This document shows positions 12,778 through 23,089 of a stretch of DNA of 64,000 nucleotides, piece by piece; position 1 is the stretch's first letter, and each line of letters opens with the position of its first letter. This DNA is from Lama glama (taxonomy: Eukaryota). Where the stretch lies: contig CM052817.1 of the NCBI GenBank assembly GCA_028534125.1, positions 58,406,001 through 58,470,000 of the forward strand, in the 5' to 3' direction. The translations under genes were made by a program, and so were the position numbers. A model generated the notes under the pieces. The model worked only from the letters and a program-made list of their open reading frames with translations. It had not been told where the DNA came from and searched no databases.

Positions 12778-13277
12778 NNNNNNNNNNNNNNNNNNNNNNN
12801 NNNNNNNNNNNNNNNNNNNNNNNNNNNNNNNNNNNNNNNNNNNNNNNNNNNNNNNNNNNNNNNNNNNNNNNNNNNNNNNNNNNNNNNNNNNNNNNNNNNN
12901 NNNNNNNNNNNNNNNNNNNNNNNNNNNNNNNNNNNNNNNNNNNNNNNNNNNNNNNNNNNNNNNNNNNNNNNNNNNNNNNNNNNNNNNNNNNNNNNNNNNN
13001 NNNNNNNNNNNNNNNNNNNNNNNNNNNNNNNNNNNNNNNNNNNNNNNNNNNNNNNNNNNNNNNNNNNNNNNNNNNNNNNNNNNNNNNNNNNNNNNNNNNN
13101 NNNNNNNNNNNNNNNNNNNNNNNNNNNNNNNNNNNNNNNNNNNNNNNNNNNNNNNNNNNNNNNNNNNNNNNNNNNNNNNNNNNNNNNNNNNNNNNNNNNN
13201 NNNNNNNNNNNNNNNNNNNNNNNNNNNNNNNNNNNNNNNNNNNNNNNNNNNNNNNNNNNNNNNNNNNNNNNNNNNNN
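12778..13277. other. Assembly gap (500 N)
   Basis: Exactly 500 N characters. Confidence 1.
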
Positions 13278-13482
13278 TGCCGCTCCCTCCCCGCGGGACC
13301 CGTCCTGCGCTGCTTTGCCTTTTGTTCTTTCTTTTTCCCTACCAGATTTTTGGCATCTTTGTCTTTTGAAGAGGGCGATGTTCTGTCGGAGTTCCGCAGG
13401 TGCTCTGGTTGGCTGAGTGAGTCTGTAGATGTGGATCTTGGTGTATTTGTGGGAGAGGGTGACTTAAGAGCGTCCTTCTACT

Positions 13483-13493
13483 CCGCCATCTTG
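13483..13493 (-). promoter_or_regulatory. YY1-type motif of the L1 internal promoter (CAAGATGGCGG)
   Basis: The motif lies ~11-21 nt from the L1 5' end, the position known for the YY1 site in L1 5' UTRs. Confidence 0.7.
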
Positions 13494-14849
13494 CCTCCCA
13501 TCCTGGTTTTGCTGATTAAGCATTACAGTTTCAGCTTCTTCCTCACTTCCTTCCTGAACTCCAAGGTCCTTCAGGACCATGTCTTGCTTGTGGTGGAATT
13601 TCCAACATCTAATATATTTCCTCTTGCTTGTAAATGAATTTATAAGGAATATATCAAATTTAACAACATTCAAAAATAGAAAAACTTTCTCCTTAATGGT
13701 GGATCAAACTTATCATCTTCTTTTATGGAGAGCACCAGTATAGTGTATCTTAACACTTGGGCACAAAAGAAAGAAAATGGTCTGAAGGTAATATTTATTA
13801 AAATAGGTGAGTAAAAATGTAAAATCAAGCTTTTACCCCGTGGTGAGAGGAGGAATTTGAAGCATTAAAGCTACTTTAAATATAATTACTTATAATCATT
13901 GACATAATTTTAAGTCTGAAAAGCACTCTAGGAATTGATTCTTGTCATGTAATAGACTTAACCCAGATTGAAAACAAAAAGTCGATTTCCTCTCTGATTC
14001 TCTTTGCTCTTAGCAGAAGGGAGTTATTTTGTTCCCCTATAGTTCCCAATATACTGCTATTAGTATCTACCATATTTTAAATTTATACTTACACCACTGA
14101 CTTTAAACCCTTCCTTAATCAAAACATCCATGACCTCACACATTCACAACAAAAAAGGAGACTGACAAAATGGTTATTATAATGCTTATGTTTTCTAGTA
14201 AAAGCAGTGTAAATCACTGAGCATTAAGGGTTTACAAAACAAACATAGTAAAAACGGGAGTTTGGCACAATTCATGGGATAGAAGAAGACACGTTTACCT
14301 GCATTTTCACCCTTGTTGTTCACCATCCGCCAGCTTTTTGCCCTCTAGAACAGGGTGAGCCCTCTGAAACATAACTGTCTGTTAGAGAGCACAATGTATG
14401 AATGGCTTATTGCAGCAAGGGAAATGAAATGGTAACTATAAAACTAAATTGTAGTCTTGAAAAGCAAGTAGATGGAAACTCTTTCCTCTCTGCAGGTTAG
14501 AGATAGAAGCACTGCGGGATTCATTTTTCAGACGGAGCAGTCTTTTCTTTCTTTGAATATAGTGGGGAAAAATGACTTATTTTCTTTATGTTCTCTTTTG
14601 CAAGTATTATTTTTCTTTTCACATATGAGTTTTGGGCCTTTCTGAAACAGGAGTCATTAATTTAAGCTTAAGAGACTCTTGGCCAAGATAGCACTTGAAA
14701 TGGAAATCACCTCTTGAAATTTTTCTCCTCTTCAGAAAGTCAGGCCAAGGTGGTTGGTTACTCCTTTTCAGTCGTCTTCATTGACCCCCTTTCCAGTTTT
14801 AATTATCTGTTCTTTGTCTTTTCGCTAAACACTTCAGTTACTCTCTAAA

Positions 14850-15785
14850 CACTCTTCCTGGGTTACCTTTCGATTATTTCTATTTAAATGTTCTCTTAGG
14901 GAGAACTCTAAAATCGGGTTCCATTTTCTATCTTTGAGCTTCAGAGCCTCATTTCCAGTTTTCTGCATGTACCAACCTGAATTGATTTTTGCTCACTTCC
15001 ATACAGGTCCTCTTGCTTCTGCATTCCCAATTGTAATAATACCATCATTTTTACCATCCAAGCTAAAAACCCTCAATAGAATGCAGGCGTCCTTCTTAAC
15101 GCTCACACCTTAGCCTATAAATCACCAAATTATGTAGTTTCTAATGTAGGATTTCTTCCTAACTAGAGCTTTCATTTGCTGTAATTTTTGGTCATACATT
15201 TATAATTTTTCTCCAATATTATTGAACAATCCAATAATTGAGCTCCCCGCCACTTTCTTCAACCAGTACAGATGATGAGTTTGGCATCATTTACCTAATG
15301 AAATCCAGTTTGGCTCTGTTATTCTTCTGTTAAACTATCTCCACTTGGCTCTGCTAACCTTAGTCTCAAGTCTAAATCTGAACTTTCTCTCTAGCCCCAT
15401 TTATGACTGTTCCTTACGAGGGATGCCATATCCTCTGCTCCGTGTATAGAAATTTCTCCACATTTTCTGAGCCTGCCACCTCAAGGCCTTTGCCCATGCT
15501 TTTCCTTCTGCATGAAATACTTTTACTGAAATGCCTGGTAAACTACTATACATTTTCCAAGACCCAGCATAAATATCACCTCTCCTATGAAGACAGATTT
15601 TCCTCACATCCCTCTCATCTTTTATGCTGTATTGTAGAATGTAATACATATATTAAATGTGTGTTTATAAATGTTCTCTTAAAAATAATCTTTCTGATGA
15701 TAGGAATAATGTTTTTATATTCCGTGTACATAATATAATGCCTATTTCATGGTAGGCATCACTTAAATATTAATTGAATGATTGT
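14850..15785 (+). mobile_element. L2 LINE 3' portion
   Basis: 'ctgccacctcaaggcctttgcccatgcttttccttctgcatgaaatac', 'aaatatcacctctcctatgaag', and the end 'ggtaggcatcacttaaatattaattgaatgattg'. Confidence 0.75.
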
Positions 15786-16029
15786 GTTCTATCACTGCCT
15801 TAAATTAAGTTTCTTTGGTTGGAGTGGTTTACACTCCCTCTGATATTATTAGCTGCCTGTTTTAACATATTCCAATTTAAAATCCTGTAATTATTAAGCC
15901 CTCACCCTTAGCTTTATTCCTGCTCCAAACTCTAAAGCCAACCTGTCATTAGATTAGGAACATTATAAGGATCTCGAGGTTAACACTATATTGGTTTGGG
16001 GTTGAGAGTGACAGGATCTAATATTATTT

Positions 16030-16240
16030 ACTATTATTATAAGCTAGGTACTTTATTAAATATTTTTAGTGCTTACCCAATAATACCATGCTTACAATAA
16101 TACCATGCTTACAATAATAATATGCTCATTTTACTACTTAAGAAAATGAGAAATTGAGTAAATGGTTCAATTTTATATACTAGTAACAGACAGAAGTGGG
16201 AATCAGACTCATGTCGTCTGGTAACAAAGGTGCCAATATT
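16030..16240 (-). mobile_element. MIR SINE (decayed) containing a 17-bp tandem duplication at 16081-16114
   Basis: 'ctcattttactacttaagaaaatgag...ctagtaacagacagaagtgggaatcagactcatgtcgtctg'; (taataccatgcttacaa)x2. Confidence 0.55.
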
Positions 16241-16276
16241 ACAGACTGTTCAGTACCAATTTAAAATTGTGTCATT

Positions 16277-16409
16277 GGGGGAGAGTATAGCTCAGTGATG
16301 GAGCACATGCTTAGCATACATAGGCTCCTGCATTCAATCCCCAGTGCTTCCATTAAAAAGATAGTAATAATTAATAAACCTAATTACCTCCCTCTGCAAA
16401 AAAAAAAAA
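16277..16409 (+). mobile_element. tRNA-derived camelid SINE (vic-1-like), copy 1
   Basis: GGGGGAGAGTATAGCTCAGTGATGGAGCACATGCTTAGCAT...TTCAATCCCCAG (Pol III A/B boxes), the 'aacctaattacctccc' tail and poly(A). TSD AAATTGTGTC at 16264-16273 and 16412-16421. Confidence 0.9.
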
Positions 16410-18654
16410 TTAAATTGTGTCTGGTTTTTTTGTGACTCAATACATAATTGAATTAACTTGGCTCTTGCTTTCTTTCCGGTAACCAGCTTTTATTCTATTT
16501 TTGGTCATCTTTTTATAGTTAAAATTTATTTGTTGGCAATAAAGGTAGCATTTCCTCCTCTTCTCTGGCATGTAATAAATATAGCTACTTATGTGTAGTG
16601 ATTATTTATACAATGTGTTAATTTAACAGAGACATTGTGTCAAATTTGAGAACGTATTTATTGCTTTTATCATTCTTGGTAATAAGTAGAGGTAAAATAG
16701 AAAGACTATCCACGTTATGGGATTTCGAACTTGAAGTTCCAGACTTGGCTTTACTGCTACCAGCAGTTTAACTTGTTTCAGACAGTTTCACCATCTGGAA
16801 AAATAATTTTCATGGTTCTCCAAATCCTAAATTATAGTAGAGCTGGAAAGTCTAAATATTTTCTAAAAATTTGTAGAGAAATCAGGAAGGAAGAAATATC
16901 TGAAAAAATCACAATAAAACGCCAACAACCATCATTATAGACATATAATGAAGAAAGTCCAAGATGCTAATATCTGAATAGCATGACCTGTGTTTCAGAA
17001 GTTAAAAACCTAAGTGGAGAGATGGGACTAATTTTTAAGATACACTTAACAATTTGATATAGTGTATGTAATGTTCTGACACAAGAGCTCAGTAGGACCA
17101 GGTGGAAAAAAGAAGCATTTATTTATGAACATAGGGGAAGAGCATTTTAGGCTGGGCCAAAACAAGGAAGAAATTCTGGGAATGAGTAAACCAGCTTGTG
17201 TCCTTTTGCCTGAATTTCTTAAAGATGGAACAATTTTTTTTTAATAAAATAAAGATACTTTAAGAACTTGATTAGAATTAAGCTCCATAGAGGGAAACAA
17301 AGTATCGTTATACTGATAAGGAGAATTTCAGGCCCATTTTCCAGGGAGATACGGCTTAAGGATCACCACAGCAGGCTGCCATGTTAGTGTTCAGCGCTTC
17401 GCCAAAGTGAAACACTGTGAAATGTAGCTTCCCAAACACAAGTACTCTGTGTCTAATTCTTGCATTCTCCAGTGTGAAGATTAAATTTTCACTGCTACAA
17501 AAATCAAACAAATGAAATTCAGCTTTTTTATCCTCACATGCTCTTATTCCAGTAACACCTTTCGTTCTCTAATTTTGTCTCTCTTTTTCTTTTATTTTAA
17601 TTAACCAAATTATAATTACCAGTATTAGAGTATCTAGTTGTAGTGACAGAAGAGAGTTGAAAGCAAGAAATATATAAAATTTAATCTCACTGTACAAAAT
17701 TGTGCAAATGAATGAAAGATTCTACAATAAGAATATTCTTCTTTGAATTTCTAGGTGATTCATATTAAAGTACTGGTTTCAATATTTAAATTATTTTGTA
17801 CCCTTGAATGCTATTATGTATTTTTAATCCTCAAATATTATATACCCATGTAAGAATATCAAAATGTGTAACATTAATTATCAATATCAAAATTAATCTC
17901 CTTCAAGAAATAAAGCTTACCATTAAACACACTAGGTCTATTAATTTAAATTTTCTTTGGAAAGAGGAAAAACCAAAATAATTGTGTATGTATGTTTTAT
18001 TTTATTCCAGAAACCAAACGTAAAATAAATGTTTAATTTTGTTTAACAAATGTATGTGAGTTCCTCTTATATAAAGCTTATAGAAGATAGGAAAAATTCA
18101 TTTTTATTAAAAATTAAGCAAATCACATCACATGCCAAAAAAATTTGTTTCATAGTTAAATTTTTTAAAAAGTTTAAAATCAACAAATTATATATTATTT
18201 TCTATTTTTTATTCAAAATATTGACTTTCTAGTATCTTTCCTAATGAAATAGTGATCAATTTATGAAATAGTTTTATTGAATATAGAAGATAGATAAATG
18301 CCTTGAGGAATACTTTCATATATAAATTGTCTTTTTGAAAAATTGATCTGTATAAATTTAAATGTTTTAAAGGCCTCAAAGCTCTTAGAAGAAAACAGTA
18401 CCATTATTAGTATTGCCTTAGGTTCATCATAACTAAAACCAAAAGGAAAAAAATGCTTCCAAAATATGATTTTACTGTTTCTGTCCTTCACTAAAGTGAA
18501 TATTATTGTACTTTTTTCTTGTAATAACCTACATTTTATATCTTTATTTCAAATTTTGCATGCCTACTGCTTGTGATTTTTTTAACATCAATGATTAAAT
18601 CATTATTGAACAATATTTACTTTTCATTATCACCTATATTATTACACAGCAAGA

Positions 18655-18747
18655 TACAATTATATACAATTATATATATAAATATAATTATATATAAATA
18701 TATATAATATGTATATATATATATATATATACACGTGTGTGTGTGTG
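18655..18747. repeat. TA-rich low-complexity and (TG)n simple repeat
   Basis: Read directly from the sequence. Confidence 0.85.
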
Positions 18748-18949
18748 TAGTTAACCCTTGAACAATGTGGGGATTGGGGTGCCAGCCCCCTCGTAGTCAG
18801 TACCTTTGCAGGGGGCCCTCCCTACTAACAGTTCCACATCTGCAGATTCCTCCAACAGCTGGTCATGCAGTACTACAGCATTTATTGAGAAAAATTCACA
18901 TCTAAGTGGACCAGTGCAATTCAAACCTGTGTTGTTCAAGGATCAGCTG
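18748..18949 (-). mobile_element. Tigger2/MER8-type MITE (~200 bp)
   Basis: TIRs TAGTTAACCCTTGAACAA...TTGTTCAAGGATCAGCTG followed by TA; 'aagtggaccagtgcaattcaaacctgtgttgttcaagg' is the Tigger2 terminus. Confidence 0.85.
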
Positions 18950-19209
18950 TAATTTAAAATCTTTCAGTGTTTTAGTTAAGAGGCCTATTTGTATTTTTTA
19001 AACAGTCTTTTGACAGTTTTTCAGAAACCAGCTATAGTTTTCTCAGTTCTTTAAAGTTATCTGATAGCTACTTTTAATAAAAACATAATCTTCCTTTATA
19101 CATTGAGAATGTACATGGAATATAATTTCCATTCTCTCTTCATTTCTAACTTACACTCTGATCTTATTGTACTTACTTTGGTTTGCCTAGTAAAATAGCT
19201 ACCTTAACT

Positions 19210-19455
19210 CAACTTGGTGTATTATTAAAAAAAAGAATGCACACAGTTTGAAGTCAACCGGGTTTGAATCATAGGTCTCTTACTTCACAGCTCAAAGACC
19301 TAAAGCAATTTTTAACTGCCATAAATCTCTGGTATCTCACCTATAGCATGTAGATAACATAATAAGGCTCTGTTAGAATTAAATTGGACAACTAAGAGAA
19401 AAATATCACACCAGTTTATTTTGTATATGACAATTCTTATTAAATATTAGTGATA
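19210..19455 (+). mobile_element. MIR SINE (decayed)
   Basis: 'cagtttgaagtcaaccgggtttgaatcataggtctcttacttcacagct...tctctggtatctcacctata'. Confidence 0.6.
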
Positions 19456-20666
19456 TTAATAACTACAGTAGTATTTACAAATTTTATCATAAGACAATCT
19501 TTTACTAGCACCATTCCCTCCCTCCCCCACAGGAATCAGGACTCATTAGAATTTTGGTATAATAGAGAATTATATTAGCTAGAATTAAATCAAAGCTAGA
19601 CTGGTGAATACAAACAATTTCCATAAAAGTATATAATTTAAATCACTAACATAAATGACTTTTAATAAAACTGGCTCTTGCATATTTGCAAAAAAGACAT
19701 TTAATAAAATTGGCTCCTATTTATGTATTTTTTGTATGTGATAGATCCTGAATTCTACATTATTTGCATAAAATACTGAATTTTAAATTTTGTTTGGCTA
19801 TTGTATTTCAGTAAATTGATGATATTATATAAGTAGAAATAATACATATATATATATATATATAATAGTTTTTAAAGCTTTACACAAACTATACAGGTCT
19901 TGGAAGAAACACATACTATTCTGCATGTTTCTTTATCACCATATTAAATCTCTTTGCTGACAGCATAAGGGAAATTATAATGATTTAAAGAGTGAATCTT
20001 TATCAGTATTTGACAGAGAAGGAAAATGATGATAACATACAAACAGTTATTTATAACAAAATTTAACTCAAAAGTGGCAGTTGCTCAGTATTTGATTTAT
20101 ACATTTATTCTAGGTGGTAGAATAGACTTCCGCAGACTGTTGAGTCCCCTTTTAGCTGGCTGTTGAGATATGAAAATATACATTGGGATGTACGGTGACT
20201 ATAGAAATGCAGATGAGGAAATAGCTATGTGGCATGTTTTGCATCTTTTTTTCCTCTGCTCTCACTTGTTTAAAAAGAAGTCCATGATTTCTGGTATTGA
20301 CTAATTAAATTGTCGTTTGATTTTTTTTAATGTTTAGTAATTGACATCAACTAGTTTCTCTTTGCTGCTTTATGTCTTACACACACACACACACAAGTCT
20401 ATGCTACCAAAAATCAAAATAAAACACAAACAAATATGATCTAGCTACCTAACTAATAAAGAGAATTCTTGATTTTTGGTTGCCATGCCTTGGTGGAGTT
20501 AGTTTGATTTAGAACTTTGTTGCAGAGCAGTTTTGGAAATTTGATTTTTTTCCAGTTACTCATGGATATTTCTGGTTTAGGATTAATTTACTCCAACCAA
20601 ACTTAAGAGAATTCATAATACCACTTCATTAAAGTTCAATAACTTCATCTGAAGAAGTACTGTTTA

Positions 20667-20752
20667 GTTCTGATCTATGCTGTCCATTGTAAGAGTGAAT
20701 TTGTCTGTCGTTCTGCTCTATGCTGTCCGTTGTAAGAGTGAATTTGTCTGTC
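20667..20752. repeat. 43-bp tandem duplication (2 copies, 2 mismatches)
   Basis: gttctgatctatgctgtccattgtaagagtgaatttgtctgtc / gttctgctctatgctgtccgttgtaagagtgaatttgtctgtc. Confidence 0.95.
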
Positions 20753-23089
20753 AGGCACATCAGTATGTTATGTTGCTCAATGATTTTTTTTCCTGGTCAC
20801 ATGGGAAAGTAAATTTGTTTGAAAGTTCATCCATGCACCTAGATGTTGTTCAGTAGAACTCATTCATTCTAAATGGAGTGTATGGAAATTTTAAAGACAT
20901 ATTAGGTCACCTTCTCTATTTCTGGTAATACACAATTGTTTTTATGTTGTATTTTCCATTGCTTTATAAAATAACTGGTGAAATGAGACTTTGACATTAT
21001 CCTTTGAGAAAGTACTTCAGGAACTAAGATAAATGTTTGGTGTGAAGCTGTTTTTCGAGAGTATAATTAAATTTTCCTTTTTTCAAATTGAAATGATTAC
21101 ATCTAGTTATTCTCAGAGTTTATTACCTAAATACTTTGTTTTATACTGCCTATAATCCAAATTTTTAAATACAGTTGAACTATCTCTCCTTTTAGATATA
21201 TTTTTGTAATTTTAAAATACCAGACCTACATTTCTTATATTTTTTCAATATTTAGGTGGGATTTTACTTACAATCAATAATAGAAACTGGTATGGGTATC
21301 ATGCCTAATCTCATATTGACTAATGGTTGAGAAAGAAATTTTAGTCTTTTTCGTGCTTTTTTTGTTTTCATCATAATGATTTTGTATACTGCACTGCTAA
21401 TAGACAGATGTCTGCTGTTTGATTCTAAAACTTGAGATAAATTCTTCTTCTTGATTAAATTAATATTTAGTGAGCATCTTGTGTAAGTCCCTCTCAGTCA
21501 TGATGAGAAAACAAAATAATACATACAATCCTCTTTCTTTTAAATATTTTAGTCTAATAACTGCCAGTTTTTAGATTGTAATACATGTATCTACATTTTA
21601 CATATTTTGAGGACAATTTAACTTTATATTCACTATGTTTAAATGTATTAGTTACTCACTTTTGATGTTCCCTAAAAGAGATTGATCCTCCCTTGTTATT
21701 TCACTAACAATTTAATGATTTAATTAAGAATAGTATACAGAAAGCAACTTTTTTTTTACAGACAAGAAAATGAATATACTACTCATTTTTATTGTTAGCC
21801 ATTTATCAACATTTAACAAAATAAGGATGCTGTTGAAATATGTCCAATTTTCTGAAAATAATAACATAAATCTTAATTACTTTTTAGCTCTTCTATTAAT
21901 CATTCTGGTACAATAATATTCCATGCTAGGTCTATTCTATGCTATTTAACTTTCAAAACTCAGTAAAAATAAAACAGACAGTTCTTTATATGTAGGCAAA
22001 ATACTACAAACTATCATATGATGACCCACTTTTCTTTCAGGGAACTTTACTCTGTCAAGAAAAGTGAAAGGGTATTTTTCTCTTAAGCTATTCAAGAGCC
22101 CTCAGAGCCAACTTTAGAGTATATATTCTCTAAGTATGTATAAATATCTAAAGCTAAAGCTAGAACCTCATACACATAATTATATAAGTATAACTTATAA
22201 ATATAACTTTCTGTCCGTATCTGTCTATCTACACATATGCACACACAATGAGGAAATACAGAACGTAATTTAATCAGGCCATTTAATTATAGTCCTTTAT
22301 ATAATTCTGCTAAAAAGATTAACCAGCTTATTAGTTTTCATTGACTATTAGTGTCAATGAAACTGTTCCCAAATTAATACTCCTATCAAGAAAAAAAACT
22401 GAAGTATTGTCAAAAGCAAATACTTTGCTTAAATCATACAGTGATTGTCCTCAAAACAGATTGTATAATTAACCTTAGTAATAATTGGCTGAAACTCAGT
22501 CCCAGTTTAGTCCCTGTTTGTTTATTAGCCATGTAACATCTATGAATTGGTTTTATGTGAGTTGAAATCTTTTCAGAAAAAAATTAGTCTTTCTTTTGTT
22601 TTCTTTTGATTTGTTTTTATTTTTTCCAAAGGATCCATAGTAGAAAATGAAAAACATAGATCTATGAAGGAAATGACATTCTAAATACTCTTTTCTCCTT
22701 GCATAAGCACATTCATTGTTAGTTTGTTAAATTGCCTTGCTTTATAAAGATATAAAGAGCAAGAGAATAAACATGAAGATGTAAAAGAGGACATCAAAAT
22801 TATAAAATGTGAGAGAAGGGAGCAAGAAATGTAGATTTTTTTTTTCCATTTTAGGATGTGTTTAAGCCTATGTGACTAGCAGTCTAAAGCAAATAGATAT
22901 TGTAATGGGTTAACATACGTGAGAAACGGAATAACCGTAAATCAAAAGCATACAATAGAATCACAAAAACCAAAAATCAAAACAATCAAGCCAGAAAAAA
23001 GAAAACTATCAAACCATAAAAGGAAAAATAAAAAGAGAAAGAAAGGAACAAAGAAGAAATACAAAACCTACTGGAAAACAAAGTTTAAA

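Larger units (their letters stand above)
12632..13503 (-). mobile_element. Young LINE-1 with both termini present and the interior unassembled (probably full length)
   Basis: Perfect 14-bp TSD TGGTTTTGCTGATT at 12618-12631 and 13504-13517. L1 3' UTR, AATAAA and poly(A) lie at the left end. The CpG-rich 5' UTR starts GGATGGGAGGCAAGATGGCGG at the right end. Confidence 0.92.

Noticed and set aside
12676..13637. Long ORFs of 246 and 287 aa in the ORF track
   Set aside because: They are mostly X residues from translating through the 500-N gap.
16277..16350. tRNA gene (also at 24920 and 56031)
   Set aside because: These tRNA-like heads are followed by the SINE tail, an A-rich end and TSDs, and have decayed stems. 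They are SINEs, not tRNA genes.
20114..20200. Exon-like segment near 20.1 kb on either strand
   Set aside because: All frames from the best plus-strand acceptor hit stops quickly; alternative readings have weak donors and match no protein I know.
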